From the IMG/VR virus record IMGVR_UViG_3300028030_000007, positions 1 to 64,000 of that record: DNA of 64,000 nt; one strand, 5' to 3'. This document shows, one piece after another, positions 10,391-20,060 of the stretch (its first letter is position 1; each line of letters begins with the position of its first letter). The translations under genes were made by a program, and so were the position numbers. Under the pieces are notes generated by a model that saw only the letters and a program-made list of their open reading frames with translations, had not been told where the DNA came from and ran no database searches. The stretch is from a virus.

Positions 10391-11527
10391 ATGAGAAAGA
10401 GAATTACTTGGAAAAATGGTAAAAGAAACGCTTCATCAACGCGAGAGGCTTCAAGAAGAAGGCTTGCTGCTGAAGGGTCATCTGTTGATATTTACAATGT
10501 GAACAACCCAAGTCACATTAACCCTGACGCTGATGCGTACATGTTCCAGGATCGACCCTGGGAAGATGTGGTGAACACTGAAATGCGTCACATCTATGAT
10601 GGATATGATGGTGAGTTTGAAGCTCGTGATGAAGTTGGTCTTCCCAGAATGAAGCCTGAAACATTTTCCGGTTATGGAGCCACTAAGGGTTGGGGTGTTT
10701 CCAAGGGATATGATAATCAGAAATTAGCCGTTGCTCGTGGTAGGTCTGCTGTCATCAAGCGTGTTGCTGCTAGAATGGCTGATCCTTCTGACACTCAGAA
10801 GTATCGAAGAGTCGTTGCTTCGCTTAAGAGACTTCCTGATGAGAAGCTCATTTCTCTTTATACTAATAAAGAGGCTTCTGTCAAGAAGGAAAACGACAAG
10901 GACGCATACAAGAAGGCTCTTGTCGCGACGAAACTTGCTGCAATAACCGCTCCTAATGCTTCAAGCGCTAGCATTAAGAGACTGGCTACTCTTTTCAATT
11001 CAATGCCTGATGATGAGTTGAAGAGCATGGCGAAGGTTGTTGTTGAGGGTAAGAAGAAGTCCAATAGAGTCGCTTCTTTGGACTCAAATGACCTTGACGC
11101 CATCAAGGATATTGTTAAGTCAGCTATCCTTGAAAGTGAAGCGCTTAGCAAGGTCGAGGCCATGCCGGTTGAAGAGCCGATCGAGCTTCCCGAAGAGCCC
11201 GTCATCGAGGAAGAGGTTCCCGAAGAGCCTGTCATTGAGGAAGCTCCTGTCGAGACTCCTGAGGAAGAGGCCATGGAGACTCCTGAGGAAGAGGCCATGG
11301 AGACTCCTGAGGAAGAGGCTGCTGAAGCTGCTGCTGGTATCGAGGAAGAGGTTCCTGAGAATCTTGAAGAGATCTTTGCTGAAGAGCCTGTTGCAAAACA
11401 GTCTTCAACTAAGATGAACGCACGTGGGATTTCACGCAAGGCTTCCGGCGTCAAGAAATTGGGATCTGTTAAGATCGGCAAAGACATGTCTGAAGAGGAC
11501 ATAGTCGCTGCACTTTTGGGTAAGTAA
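10391..11527 (+). CDS. Capsid scaffolding / prohead core protein
   Basis: Between protease and capsid genes; helical basic region followed by Glu/Pro-rich repeats; codon usage like the highly expressed MCP. Confidence 0.65.
   Translation: MRKRITWKNGKRNASSTREASRRRLAAEGSSVDIYNVNNPSHINPDADAYMFQDRPWEDVVNTEMRHIYDGYDGEFEARDEVGLPRMKPETFSGYGATKGWGVSKGYDNQKLAVARGRSAVIKRVAARMADPSDTQKYRRVVASLKRLPDEKLISLYTNKEASVKKENDKDAYKKALVATKLAAITAPNASSASIKRLATLFNSMPDDELKSMAKVVVEGKKKSNRVASLDSNDLDAIKDIVKSAILESEALSKVEAMPVEEPIELPEEPVIEEEVPEEPVIEEAPVETPEEEAMETPEEEAMETPEEEAAEAAAGIEEEVPENLEEIFAEEPVAKQSSTKMNARGISRKASGVKKLGSVKIGKDMSEEDIVAALLGK
11252..11319 (+). repeat. 24-nt coding tandem repeat (ETPEEEAM x~3)
   Basis: gagactcctgaggaagaggccatg at 11252 and 11276, partial copy at 11300; preceded by two PEEPVIEE units. 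Confidence 0.9.
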
Positions 11528-11653
11528 TTGTCTGATGTTGTTTAGTAGTCAAATAGAAATATCTTCGCGTTATTGCGGTCTGAAGGGTCTGTTTGATACT
11601 TCACAGTCATTGGACTTAGTTGTGCAGGGTAAGATCCTGCAAGGAGACAAATC

Positions 11654-12292
11654 ATGAGTGGTATTGGTGGACAAGCTTCTGGCGATTTCCTGCTTTCGTA
11701 TGGAGCGCTCAGAATACTTTACAAGAGTTTTTCTAACACGGTTCCGGAGCTTACTCCGGATTCATTTACCGTGTCGAACCCCGGCGTCGTAACAGCTCAT
11801 AAGAGTGACGTTCTCGACACAACTCCCAAGAACGGTGTTCTTGGTGGATCAGTGGCGTTCACTCGCCCTGACATCGGCGACAATTATGTCGGCCCGGCTG
11901 TCTTAATCAGTTCGGCTTACAGTTCAACGTTAGTTCCGGTCGGCATTTTTGTTAATGACGCACTCGGCAACTCATACGAAAACACTCCTGGAACGGCTTC
12001 AAACAAGGGTCCGTTCCTTCAAGGTCCGTCTGCATTTGGTACTAGACTTTACGAGACTAAGAATCAGACTGGTCATGGTGGCACTGCTGGTGCTACTCTT
12101 ACGTATGCCTCTGGTGACAAGCTTTACGCTTCAGTCAACGGATACTTGACAAACAATTTTGAGGATTCATATGAGGCTATGGCGATTCGTGCTGCTTCAG
12201 GAACTCCTCATTGGTATGAGTGCACTGTTATGGGGATCGTCCTTTCGGCCCCTGATTCCACTAACACTGAAATGTTTGTCTTGGGCAAATAA
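11654..12292 (+). CDS. Capsid-associated (decoration/cement-like) protein
   Basis: Strong SD (AAGGAG), immediately upstream of MCP, Gly/Ser/Thr-rich beta composition (GDKLYASVNGYLT ... MGIVLSAP). Confidence 0.6.
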   Translation: MSGIGGQASGDFLLSYGALRILYKSFSNTVPELTPDSFTVSNPGVVTAHKSDVLDTTPKNGVLGGSVAFTRPDIGDNYVGPAVLISSAYSSTLVPVGIFVNDALGNSYENTPGTASNKGPFLQGPSAFGTRLYETKNQTGHGGTAGATLTYASGDKLYASVNGYLTNNFEDSYEAMAIRAASGTPHWYECTVMGIVLSAPDSTNTEMFVLGK

Positions 12293-12312
12293 GGCTGAAA
12301 GGAATAACTAAA

Positions 12313-13206
12313 ATGAGTCTTTTTGATTTCAATAAGTCCGTTGATCCCATTGCTGCCGAAAAGTTCTTCGGTGGGCTAGTCGGTAGTCCGCAAGGACGCA
12401 TGAGAATTGCGTCTGGCATGACCCAATCTCTCCGCGAGCGCAGAGATTATTCATCCGTTGGACGCCGAGCGTTCCTCGTCGAGCAGATTCCTGATGGAGT
12501 TCTGCCCTATTATGACAAGGATCCTGACGTCGTGGCCTACGTGGTTGGTGAAGAGGGTGACTCAATTACCGCTAAAGCTAAGCCTCGCCGCGTTACGTTC
12601 CCCCTGTTCGAGATTGCTGCTCTCGTCAAGACCCCGCTTTCTCAGGTCAAAGAGCGTCGTTATGACATGCTCAAGAGAATGCAGGACCTTGGCAAAGCCC
12701 AGATTCAAGCTGCTGAGGACGATCGAGTTTTCTCAATTATGGACGCTATCGCCCTTAATGGTTTCGACTCACTTCCCGGCCAGTTGAACGCTGACATTCC
12801 CGTCGCCGCTCCTCTTACTTCAGAGGTCTTGGCTGATGCTTTCGCTCAGATCGACCGCCATGACTTGAGGACGTCAAACGTCTTCATGAACGCTGTTGAC
12901 TACGCCGACCTTCGTAAGTTCGGTCGAGAGGTCTTGGACATCGAGTCACAGGCCACTCTCTGGAAGACGGGCGTGATGGCTTCTGGCTGGAATGCCAAGT
13001 TCATCGTTTCACGCCTTGTCCCGCCAGGCGTCGTTTACGTCACTGGTGAGCCTGAGCATTTCGGTCGTATTCCGGTCCGAACCGAGCTTACCGTCATCTC
13101 CGCTGACAACCCCGAAGAGCGAACCATCGGTTTCTCGATGTTTGAGCAGCTCGGAATCGGTGCGTTCAACCCGCGTGCTCTCGTCCGCATCCTGATCGCT
13201 CGATAA
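12313..13206 (+). CDS. Major capsid protein (HK97 fold, no delta domain)
   Basis: Follows protease and scaffold; SD AAGGA; strongest codon bias in the window (C-ending codons; 0 of 18 Ile codons are ATA); followed by a strong hairpin. Confidence 0.88.
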   Translation: MSLFDFNKSVDPIAAEKFFGGLVGSPQGRMRIASGMTQSLRERRDYSSVGRRAFLVEQIPDGVLPYYDKDPDVVAYVVGEEGDSITAKAKPRRVTFPLFEIAALVKTPLSQVKERRYDMLKRMQDLGKAQIQAAEDDRVFSIMDAIALNGFDSLPGQLNADIPVAAPLTSEVLADAFAQIDRHDLRTSNVFMNAVDYADLRKFGREVLDIESQATLWKTGVMASGWNAKFIVSRLVPPGVVYVTGEPEHFGRIPVRTELTVISADNPEERTIGFSMFEQLGIGAFNPRALVRILIAR

Positions 13207-13228
13207 CGTCATTTTTCCTCCTGCATGC

Positions 13229-13268
13229 TTTTCATCCCCATCAGTCATAAGATTGGTGGGGATGAAAA
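13229..13268 (+). terminator. Stem-loop terminator after MCP
   Basis: ttttcatccccatcagtc-ataa-gattggtggggatgaaaa, 18-bp stem with G-U pairs. Confidence 0.75.
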
Positions 13269-13287
13269 CTATTTGGTTATTGTATGG

Positions 13288-13317
13288 TATGACTGTTATA
13301 ATTTAATAACAGTCATA
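13288..13317. promoter_or_regulatory. Perfect 11-bp inverted repeat abutting the start of the MCP paralogue
   Basis: tatgactgtta-taatttaa-taacagtcata, ending 5 nt before ATG 13323. Confidence 0.5.
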
Positions 13318-13322
13318 TCGAC

Positions 13323-14336
13323 ATGCAGGAGACTACCATAATGAATATCAAAAGAGTGATTAACTTTATCAAAAATGACAACACTATTGGTTATATAAAA
13401 AAGTTTTTATACTTAGTTGAAAACCTTGATAAGTTAGATAATGTATATAATAAACTAAAACAACAGGAGTGGATTGAATCATTTGATTTTAATAATTATG
13501 ATGAATCAAATGACGAGCAGTATATAATTGATTTTATTAATGGTAACATAAACGATAGAACCCATATTGCATCAAAAATAAATAAATTGATAAAGAATGA
13601 TGTAGGTGCTAGGTCATTAGCAAGAAATATTCTTTGTGTTGATCATATTCCCGATTATATAATTCCGATGTATTCAATAAATGAAAATGGAACTCCATAC
13701 GTAATAGGTGATGAGGATGGCATAACAAGAATAGACGCTGATAAAACTTTCACCGTTCCAATATTTGACATAACACATAATGTACATTCAAGCTCACGTA
13801 ATGTTAAGAGTGGTGTCTACAGCCTACTCAAAACAATGCGTAATTTATGCTCATCACAAATACTAGTGGCTGAGAGCATGCATTTGTTATCATTAATCAA
13901 TGCTTCTTATAATGATGACAATGAAAAAGTAAAAAATATCATGTCAATAAATGATAAACTTACACCTGATGTGATATCTGATGCATTTTCTATAATAGAG
14001 GATAATGATGTGGAGGTATCATCGATAATAATAAACCCTAATGATTATTCAGAAATAAGAAAATTTAATGGTGAAATTTTGGATACAGATTTTAATACAA
14101 ATAATGTTATTAAATCACGTATTTGGGGAGCGAACGTATTTGTTACAGGAATGGCAACCGCCGGGACCATTACGGTTCTTGGATCACCTAAGCATGTTGG
14201 TGCTATGCCAATTAGAACAGATATCACATCGTTACCCTATGATAACCCAGAACAGAGAAAAATTGGATTTAATACATTTGAGAATATCGGTATAATGTAT
14301 AATGGTCAAAAGAATACAGTTAGAATTACATTGTAA
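13323..14336 (+). CDS. Major capsid protein paralogue (diverged, N-terminally extended)
   Basis: Colinear with MCP: HIPDYIIPMY/QIPDGVLPYY, VPIFDI/FPLFEI, LTPDVISDAF/LTSEVLADAF, DYSEIRKF/DYADLRKF, PIRTDIT..DNPEQRKIGF/PVRTELT..DNPEERTIGF. Confidence 0.85.
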   Translation: MQETTIMNIKRVINFIKNDNTIGYIKKFLYLVENLDKLDNVYNKLKQQEWIESFDFNNYDESNDEQYIIDFINGNINDRTHIASKINKLIKNDVGARSLARNILCVDHIPDYIIPMYSINENGTPYVIGDEDGITRIDADKTFTVPIFDITHNVHSSSRNVKSGVYSLLKTMRNLCSSQILVAESMHLLSLINASYNDDNEKVKNIMSINDKLTPDVISDAFSIIEDNDVEVSSIIINPNDYSEIRKFNGEILDTDFNTNNVIKSRIWGANVFVTGMATAGTITVLGSPKHVGAMPIRTDITSLPYDNPEQRKIGFNTFENIGIMYNGQKNTVRITL

Positions 14337-14819
14337 TTATTCATCGAGATCATCTATCATCGTATTGTAGTCATAATCAGTAGGGCTTGTGTCATGGTTT
14401 CTTGAAACCGGAAGTGTATCTTGCTCGTCATAGTCCATGATTGTTGGGCTATGAGCATTATACTCTGTGTCATTCATTTTTTCGGTTTCTCTATCGTCAA
14501 TGGCTTTATTGATTTCTTCTTCCATCTCTTTTTTAAATTCATCGACAGTAAACGTTCCCCTAATGTTTTCAAGGAACCAGTTGACATCTGCTTCGGTTCC
14601 AGTTTCATCAGGGTTCATCGCCGATTCGTATATAGCCTCGCCATAAGTGTAGTTTAACAAACTGAGGATCGATTGAAACTCATCCTTCGGGTCTGTGGCG
14701 TTCATGACGTTTTCGTATGAACGCATTAACATTTTCCCAGTTAGATGATTTTCAAGATCTTCTCTGGCGGCTGTTTTGTAGATAGCTTTGGCTATTTTGC
14801 TTATGGTTTTGTTATTCAT
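14337..14819 (-). CDS. Hypothetical acidic protein with ISKIAKAIYKTAA leader
   Basis: SD GGAG on the minus strand; 160 aa; fills the gap between the MCP paralogue and GT51. Confidence 0.65.
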   Translation of the reverse strand: MNNKTISKIAKAIYKTAAREDLENHLTGKMLMRSYENVMNATDPKDEFQSILSLLNYTYGEAIYESAMNPDETGTEADVNWFLENIRGTFTVDEFKKEMEEEINKAIDDRETEKMNDTEYNAHSPTIMDYDEQDTLPVSRNHDTSPTDYDYNTMIDDLDE

Positions 14820-14843
14820 TTAAATAAACTCCGGAAATAAAAA

Positions 14844-16178
14844 ATGAAAAAAGTTTTAATAGCTTTGATTTCAATACTTGCGATAGCTATCATATCATCA
14901 AAGTTATACTATAATAGTTTATTAACTAAGTATAACATAACATCGATTTATTTACTGTTAGACAAAACAATTTTAGTTCATAAAAATTCAGTCACAATAG
15001 GAAAAAATTTATTTAAATCATGTGACGCACACGTTAACGTAGAAACTAAAGACGTTGACGTGTACTGCAAATCAGGAGCTGTATACACTAACAGTAAAAT
15101 AAAATCTCATAGTCCCGGTAAGAGAAAGTGGAATATTAAGTCTGTATATGTCGAAAATGTTGTAGTAAATGGTAAGTATAGGGTCCATGGATTGTTAAAA
15201 TCTAACGGAACGTACATCGCAGTGTCTACTAAATACAGGGGCGCATCGTTATCATACGTGGTGAAATATAATAATGGTATGTACGTAATAAATCATGCCA
15301 ATTACAAAACTGTTGACTTACACAGTGTGATGGTAAAGGATGATGAAGTTAACATCGGAAAATTTAGTCTGTCGAATTCAATGTTATCATCAAAGAAATT
15401 TGAATACAATAACATACTCATAAAATCAACGAATAAGATTACTAGAATATCGTTTCCCATGAGTTTGTCACTGTCTATTGATGGGACGAAACTTGGATAT
15501 TTAACGTTAGAATCAAAGAGTAAACTTAGTTATAAATTAGACACTAATTGTAATAATCTGACAAAAATTGCCGATGATGTTAGATTAAAGAAAGTAAAGT
15601 TTGGAGGATCTTATCATTTATCGTTTTCATATGATAACGGAAAAACCCATTTTAGCATGAGACATTCCTGTTTTGTCAAGCATTTACCTAAAAGTATAAG
15701 ATCAGTCTTGCAATATAGAAGTAGAAATTGGGTTAGTATTACAAATATATCAGATTACATGATAGAAGCCATTATTCATCATGAGGATCCTGGATTTATG
15801 GTAAACAACGGATTTTCAATAGGGGCGATCCGAAATTCAATAAAATATGATTTAAAACATAAAGCTTTCAAAAAGGGGGCGAGCACAATAACTATGCAGC
15901 TCGCTAAGAATCTCTTTCTTAAAAAAGAAAAAACAATCATGAGAAAATATGATGAAATGTTATATACTATGATACTAAACAATGCATTAACTAAGAGATC
16001 TATAATGGAAATGTACATGAATAGCGTTGAATTTGGTCCAGGTATTTATGGAATAAATAAAACAGCGTTAAAAATGTTTGATACGACACCAGCAAACCTG
16101 ACTCAAGATCAGTCAGAGTACATAGCTCGCATTCATCCAAATCCTAAACTTTTTTCAAGAAAATACGTGAAGCCATGA
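14844..16178 (+). CDS. Monofunctional peptidoglycan glycosyltransferase (GT51, MtgA-like) with N-terminal membrane anchor
   Basis: N-terminal hydrophobic helix; GT51 motifs HEDPGF, GASTITMQLAKNLFL, RKYDE, KRSIMEMYMN, GIYGI; no transpeptidase domain. Confidence 0.88.
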   Translation: MKKVLIALISILAIAIISSKLYYNSLLTKYNITSIYLLLDKTILVHKNSVTIGKNLFKSCDAHVNVETKDVDVYCKSGAVYTNSKIKSHSPGKRKWNIKSVYVENVVVNGKYRVHGLLKSNGTYIAVSTKYRGASLSYVVKYNNGMYVINHANYKTVDLHSVMVKDDEVNIGKFSLSNSMLSSKKFEYNNILIKSTNKITRISFPMSLSLSIDGTKLGYLTLESKSKLSYKLDTNCNNLTKIADDVRLKKVKFGGSYHLSFSYDNGKTHFSMRHSCFVKHLPKSIRSVLQYRSRNWVSITNISDYMIEAIIHHEDPGFMVNNGFSIGAIRNSIKYDLKHKAFKKGASTITMQLAKNLFLKKEKTIMRKYDEMLYTMILNNALTKRSIMEMYMNSVEFGPGIYGINKTALKMFDTTPANLTQDQSEYIARIHPNPKLFSRKYVKP

Positions 16179-16732
16179 AAGTTTATTTTGTAGGAGCGCA
16201 TTCAACCGGTAAAACAACACTGGCTAGGTACGTGTCATCTAAGTATGATATGCCAATGCTCAATGAAGTAGCCAGAGTTGTGATGAATGAGATGGAACTG
16301 TCTATAGACCAACTTAGGTCAAACATAGACTTGATAAATAAGTATCAAAGTGAAGTATTTAAAAGACAGGTGCAGCAAGAAATAGGGCTTACAAATTTTG
16401 TGTCAGATAGATCGTTTGATAATATAGCATACTCAATAATGCACTCGACGATAACACAATCAATAATAAGGTCTGATGATTTTAAAGATTATATACATAC
16501 TATAAATAATAGTGATTCAATAATATTCTTCGTTAGACCTAGCAAAGCAACAATGAAAAACGATGGCGTGAGAGAAAATGTAGTATGGGACGACATTCTG
16601 ATGATTGACGCTTCAGTAAAAACCCTGATGGAAATTTACGGAGTTCAATATATTCAAATCAACACTCCAATTCTTCAAGAAAGGATAAAACTCGTTGAAA
16701 ACATAATCAAAATAACAAATAGAAATAATTGA
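16175..16732 (+). CDS. P-loop ATPase/kinase (AAA_28 / NadR-like)
   Basis: GAHSTGKTTLA, EVAR, SDRS..D..AY motifs; ATGA overlap with GT51. Confidence 0.8.
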   Translation: MKVYFVGAHSTGKTTLARYVSSKYDMPMLNEVARVVMNEMELSIDQLRSNIDLINKYQSEVFKRQVQQEIGLTNFVSDRSFDNIAYSIMHSTITQSIIRSDDFKDYIHTINNSDSIIFFVRPSKATMKNDGVRENVVWDDILMIDASVKTLMEIYGVQYIQINTPILQERIKLVENIIKITNRNN

Positions 16733-16781
16733 CTTGAACGATTGTAATGTATAAATATAAATTTTACACAAAGGAACGATA

Positions 16782-17747
16782 ATGAAAATCAACTGGCAAA
16801 AGAATAACTACCAAACCTTTTACGCGTACACAAAGATTTCCATCGGGTCGAAAGACTCTCCAATCATGTACATTGAGAGTGAGGACGAATTTGAGTTTGA
16901 TGGAACGACGTTAAGGTACTCAGGGGCTGAGATGAACAAACCGTCACTTCGTTCTGTTATTGAAAAGCGAGGATGGGCCGGAACTGAGCCAAATGGACAC
17001 GTCAAGCCATTCGTAGTGAACAGGAAGGTGGCAAAATCAAAGACCGTACGAACAAATATGGGAGCTACTGATATTGAAAAAGAAGATATAATGGTGGTTG
17101 AGGAAGACGATATTGCAATTTCTAGAGTGAAAAGCGGTGACGAAAGAATCGCTGATTCAATATCAACGACAGTCATGAGTAACAATGACCCGGTTTCCGA
17201 TGAGGGGATGGTCGTTGGGATGATTTCGTCATCGAACAATTCAGTCATAGATATGTCTTCTGGCCACGGAAATACTATCGAAACTCATAAACAAGTTCGG
17301 ATGGCCTCAGATACGTCAGGAGAGCAAAAGGCCAAGGGAGGGCAAAGAAGAGTAATTCGTGACGGTATGATCGTTGGAAGGATCTCTTCACCGACAAGAT
17401 TTACAACGGACATGTCAAAATCTAATCTTACCGCTAAAGCCGTTGAAAACACAGTTGGCACGGGTAGGGTTATTGTTGAAGAACAGCCAGAACGAATTGT
17501 GAAACCGGCGGCGAAAAAACCGGCAGCGAAAAAACCAGTAGCGAAGACTGGTTCGAAGGTTGAAATTGCCAAGTCCATTTACAGTGGATTCCCTGATAAG
17601 TGGAATCTGTTCGGGAAGAAAGACTGGAAGATCGAACAGATCAAAAATTACGGGGAGCACCCGGATTTCATTCGTGCTCTTTATGCTATAGAGTCCAAAT
17701 CTATGAAAAAATATCTAGTATCTAAATATCCTAACATTCTGAAGTAG
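16782..17747 (+). CDS. Hypothetical protein
   Basis: SD AAGGA; internal repeats EGMVVGMISS/DGMIVGRISS; KPAAKKPAAKKP linker. Confidence 0.65.
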   Translation: MKINWQKNNYQTFYAYTKISIGSKDSPIMYIESEDEFEFDGTTLRYSGAEMNKPSLRSVIEKRGWAGTEPNGHVKPFVVNRKVAKSKTVRTNMGATDIEKEDIMVVEEDDIAISRVKSGDERIADSISTTVMSNNDPVSDEGMVVGMISSSNNSVIDMSSGHGNTIETHKQVRMASDTSGEQKAKGGQRRVIRDGMIVGRISSPTRFTTDMSKSNLTAKAVENTVGTGRVIVEEQPERIVKPAAKKPAAKKPVAKTGSKVEIAKSIYSGFPDKWNLFGKKDWKIEQIKNYGEHPDFIRALYAIESKSMKKYLVSKYPNILK

Positions 17748-17881
17748 ACAACACAAAGTCACTTAGTATCAGCCCACCATCAATGTGGCTGTTGATTTTA
17801 ACCACCACCATCACAAACAACAACAATACACACACCATGGATTACGCTATTTATGTATGATATACATAGAGGAATAAAAGT

Positions 17882-19639
17882 ATGTCCATTGGAAAAGGTT
17901 TCGTTCTTAATGATGCTGCCATTTATTCATTTGAAGATCAAGATGTATACGACGACATAGTATCATTTGCCGCAGCAATACCATATAATCTACGCCCCCT
18001 TTTCCTAATTCCGATAGAAGTAGAAATTGAATATGAGGACAATCCACCTAGTGGAGTAGCCTCAACGAAGGTAGCGTCTGACGCCGCTGATCTGTTTAGT
18101 TATAGAACGCTCGTAACAGATGAAGACGCAAATTCTAAGGGCGTGTCGAACGGAATTTCGTCACCGGATACCACTGAGGTTGACTACCCGGTGTATGAGA
18201 GTCTTGATGGTGATTTCGGGACGAATGATGACGGACCACTTTTTAACAGATCGATAGACCTGGACCTGGACGGAAGACAATGGGGTCCGAATACTGGGTA
18301 CATGTCTGACGTTGATATAACAGAAACATATGATGAAGGTTATCCATATAGATCAAAAAATTTACCATCGGGTTATGTACATCATTCATCGATACTTCCT
18401 GTATATATTGTTAAGCTCGCCGCCGGAGCTATGGACTTTGCTGAAAGAACCAACATAAGACAAAAGAAATATTCTGAGTGGTGTTTACCGAAGATTAGAT
18501 CATATGATTTAGCTTTACATACTATGACGTTTAATGTTAAGTGTTCAAATAGTAACAAATCTCATGAAGTAATAGTGGCACTAAATCCAAACAATGAAGT
18601 CGCGGTCAGGTGTGATTGCGAATTCTGGAGATATTCAGGCCCTGATTATCATGCTGCGATAATTGGATATCTTTATGGGAAACAGAGGTCTAATGGTTTG
18701 CAACCTAAGATAAGGGACAAGGAGCATAATAACTACCTGTGCAAGCATTCATACTCTGTGTTAAAAATATTGGATGACACTATTACAAGTGTCATGAAAC
18801 AATATAAAGACAATGGCATAGATTATGAGAAAAATTTTAATAATGCATTTCGTGATATCATAAATGGTGTTTATAATAATAAAAAGGAAGTTAGCCAGGA
18901 ACCATTTAGATGGGATAGTAGAAGCACGTCAATACGTTATAGTGAAAAGACGCTTGAAAGAGTGTTGAGTGCTGTAAGCATGTATGAAGAAGCGAATGAT
19001 AAAGATATAATAACAAAGTTCAATAACTTAATGAAACTAAAGGGTGTTGAAATCTTTAGTGGAATAAGTGACGCTAGACTCGATACAGCGGTAAGAGCGT
19101 TTCAAAAAATGAGTCAGATAATGAATAATTTGATAAAGGGGATAGAATACGTTGAGAGTAAATACGAAGAAATAAATAAAATGGCTGAAAAGGGTCAAAA
19201 GGTTATGCCGACTCAATTTTATGAATATGATATGTATAGAGAAAAAGCCGTCGAATTGAAGGATATACTAAAGGGTAGGATTGAAGTCGCTGATGAGATA
19301 ATAAAAATACTTAAATACATGAAGGGCATGAAACCTGGTGATTATGTAAGACAGGGTTTGATGGAGGAATACCTAGAAAAAGTTAAGCAGTATGATGATT
19401 CAATAGGATCCATGTCAGAGTTTTCTGATAGCCTGAATGATGATGGTCTTTATGGAAGTGAAGATATGGAAGAAAATACCGATCCATCAACTGGCGTTGA
19501 AATCGATGAAGAAGAGATTGACAATGATGTCGTTGAACTCGTTGAAGACGCTAATGAAGAAATAGAACAAGATAGCGATATAGACGAAATTTCAGATATG
19601 CTGGAAGACTTTGAGTTTGAAGACGAGGATGAGATATAA
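17882..19639 (+). CDS. SWIM zinc-finger protein with acidic N- and C-terminal regions
   Basis: VRCDCEFWRYSG ... LCKH (CxC...CxH SWIM signature); SD GAGG. Confidence 0.7.
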   Translation: MSIGKGFVLNDAAIYSFEDQDVYDDIVSFAAAIPYNLRPLFLIPIEVEIEYEDNPPSGVASTKVASDAADLFSYRTLVTDEDANSKGVSNGISSPDTTEVDYPVYESLDGDFGTNDDGPLFNRSIDLDLDGRQWGPNTGYMSDVDITETYDEGYPYRSKNLPSGYVHHSSILPVYIVKLAAGAMDFAERTNIRQKKYSEWCLPKIRSYDLALHTMTFNVKCSNSNKSHEVIVALNPNNEVAVRCDCEFWRYSGPDYHAAIIGYLYGKQRSNGLQPKIRDKEHNNYLCKHSYSVLKILDDTITSVMKQYKDNGIDYEKNFNNAFRDIINGVYNNKKEVSQEPFRWDSRSTSIRYSEKTLERVLSAVSMYEEANDKDIITKFNNLMKLKGVEIFSGISDARLDTAVRAFQKMSQIMNNLIKGIEYVESKYEEINKMAEKGQKVMPTQFYEYDMYREKAVELKDILKGRIEVADEIIKILKYMKGMKPGDYVRQGLMEEYLEKVKQYDDSIGSMSEFSDSLNDDGLYGSEDMEENTDPSTGVEIDEEEIDNDVVELVEDANEEIEQDSDIDEISDMLEDFEFEDEDEI

Positions 19640-19642
19640 CAA

Positions 19643-19984
19643 CTATCCGTTTTTCTTCTTGTCTTCTTTCCTTAACCGATCTACATCTGACCAAGAATCA
19701 ACAACTTCCCCTTTATAATTTGGGATCAATCGCATTTTTCCGTGATTGTCTTTCTGTCTTCTAGCGGCAGCAGCATTTTTCCTTTTCATCTGGCTTTGAA
19801 TTCTACCAGCTTTAGTTTCCCATCCGGGACCCTTAAATACAATATTTGTAGCAGGTGAAAAAGTATATTTGCATGTGCCTCCGCACATTTCACATTTTAC
19901 AGTAAACTCTTCCCTGTCATTTATGGAGCATATACCGTCCTGCACATTACCGCAATCTTCACACACAAAGTTATAAGTCGGCAT
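19643..19984 (-). CDS. FmdB-family zinc-ribbon protein
   Basis: MPTYNFVCEDCG...CEMCGG...FKGPGW signature. Confidence 0.8.
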   Translation of the reverse strand: MPTYNFVCEDCGNVQDGICSINDREEFTVKCEMCGGTCKYTFSPATNIVFKGPGWETKAGRIQSQMKRKNAAAARRQKDNHGKMRLIPNYKGEVVDSWSDVDRLRKEDKKKNG

Positions 19985-20060
19985 TTTTTATAGATCCTTT
20001 TATTTAAAAGGTTAGGTTTGTTATAGGTATTTGTAATAGATAACTATACACGAGGTAGTC

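Noticed and set aside
10858-11502. 214-aa Ser-rich minus-strand ORF, and similar shadow ORFs (28016-28393, 39799-40263, 16820-17248, 4247-4663)
   Set aside because: Antisense shadows of biased or repetitive + strand genes; low complexity and fully nested.
12400-12415. RIAS in the MCP N-terminus as a maturation site
   Set aside because: The paralogue has HIAS at the aligned position, so it may be a conserved structural helix; not counted as support for the cleavage motif.
16750-16757. TATAAATA, the T4 late promoter consensus
   Set aside because: Only one intergenic instance noticed and not seen before the main structural genes; expected by chance in AT-rich DNA.
17731-17838. 35-codon hydrophobic minus-strand ORF (MVCVLLLFVMVVVK...) over a C/A-rich tract
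   Set aside because: No SD; hydrophobicity follows trivially from the low-complexity CA-rich sequence.
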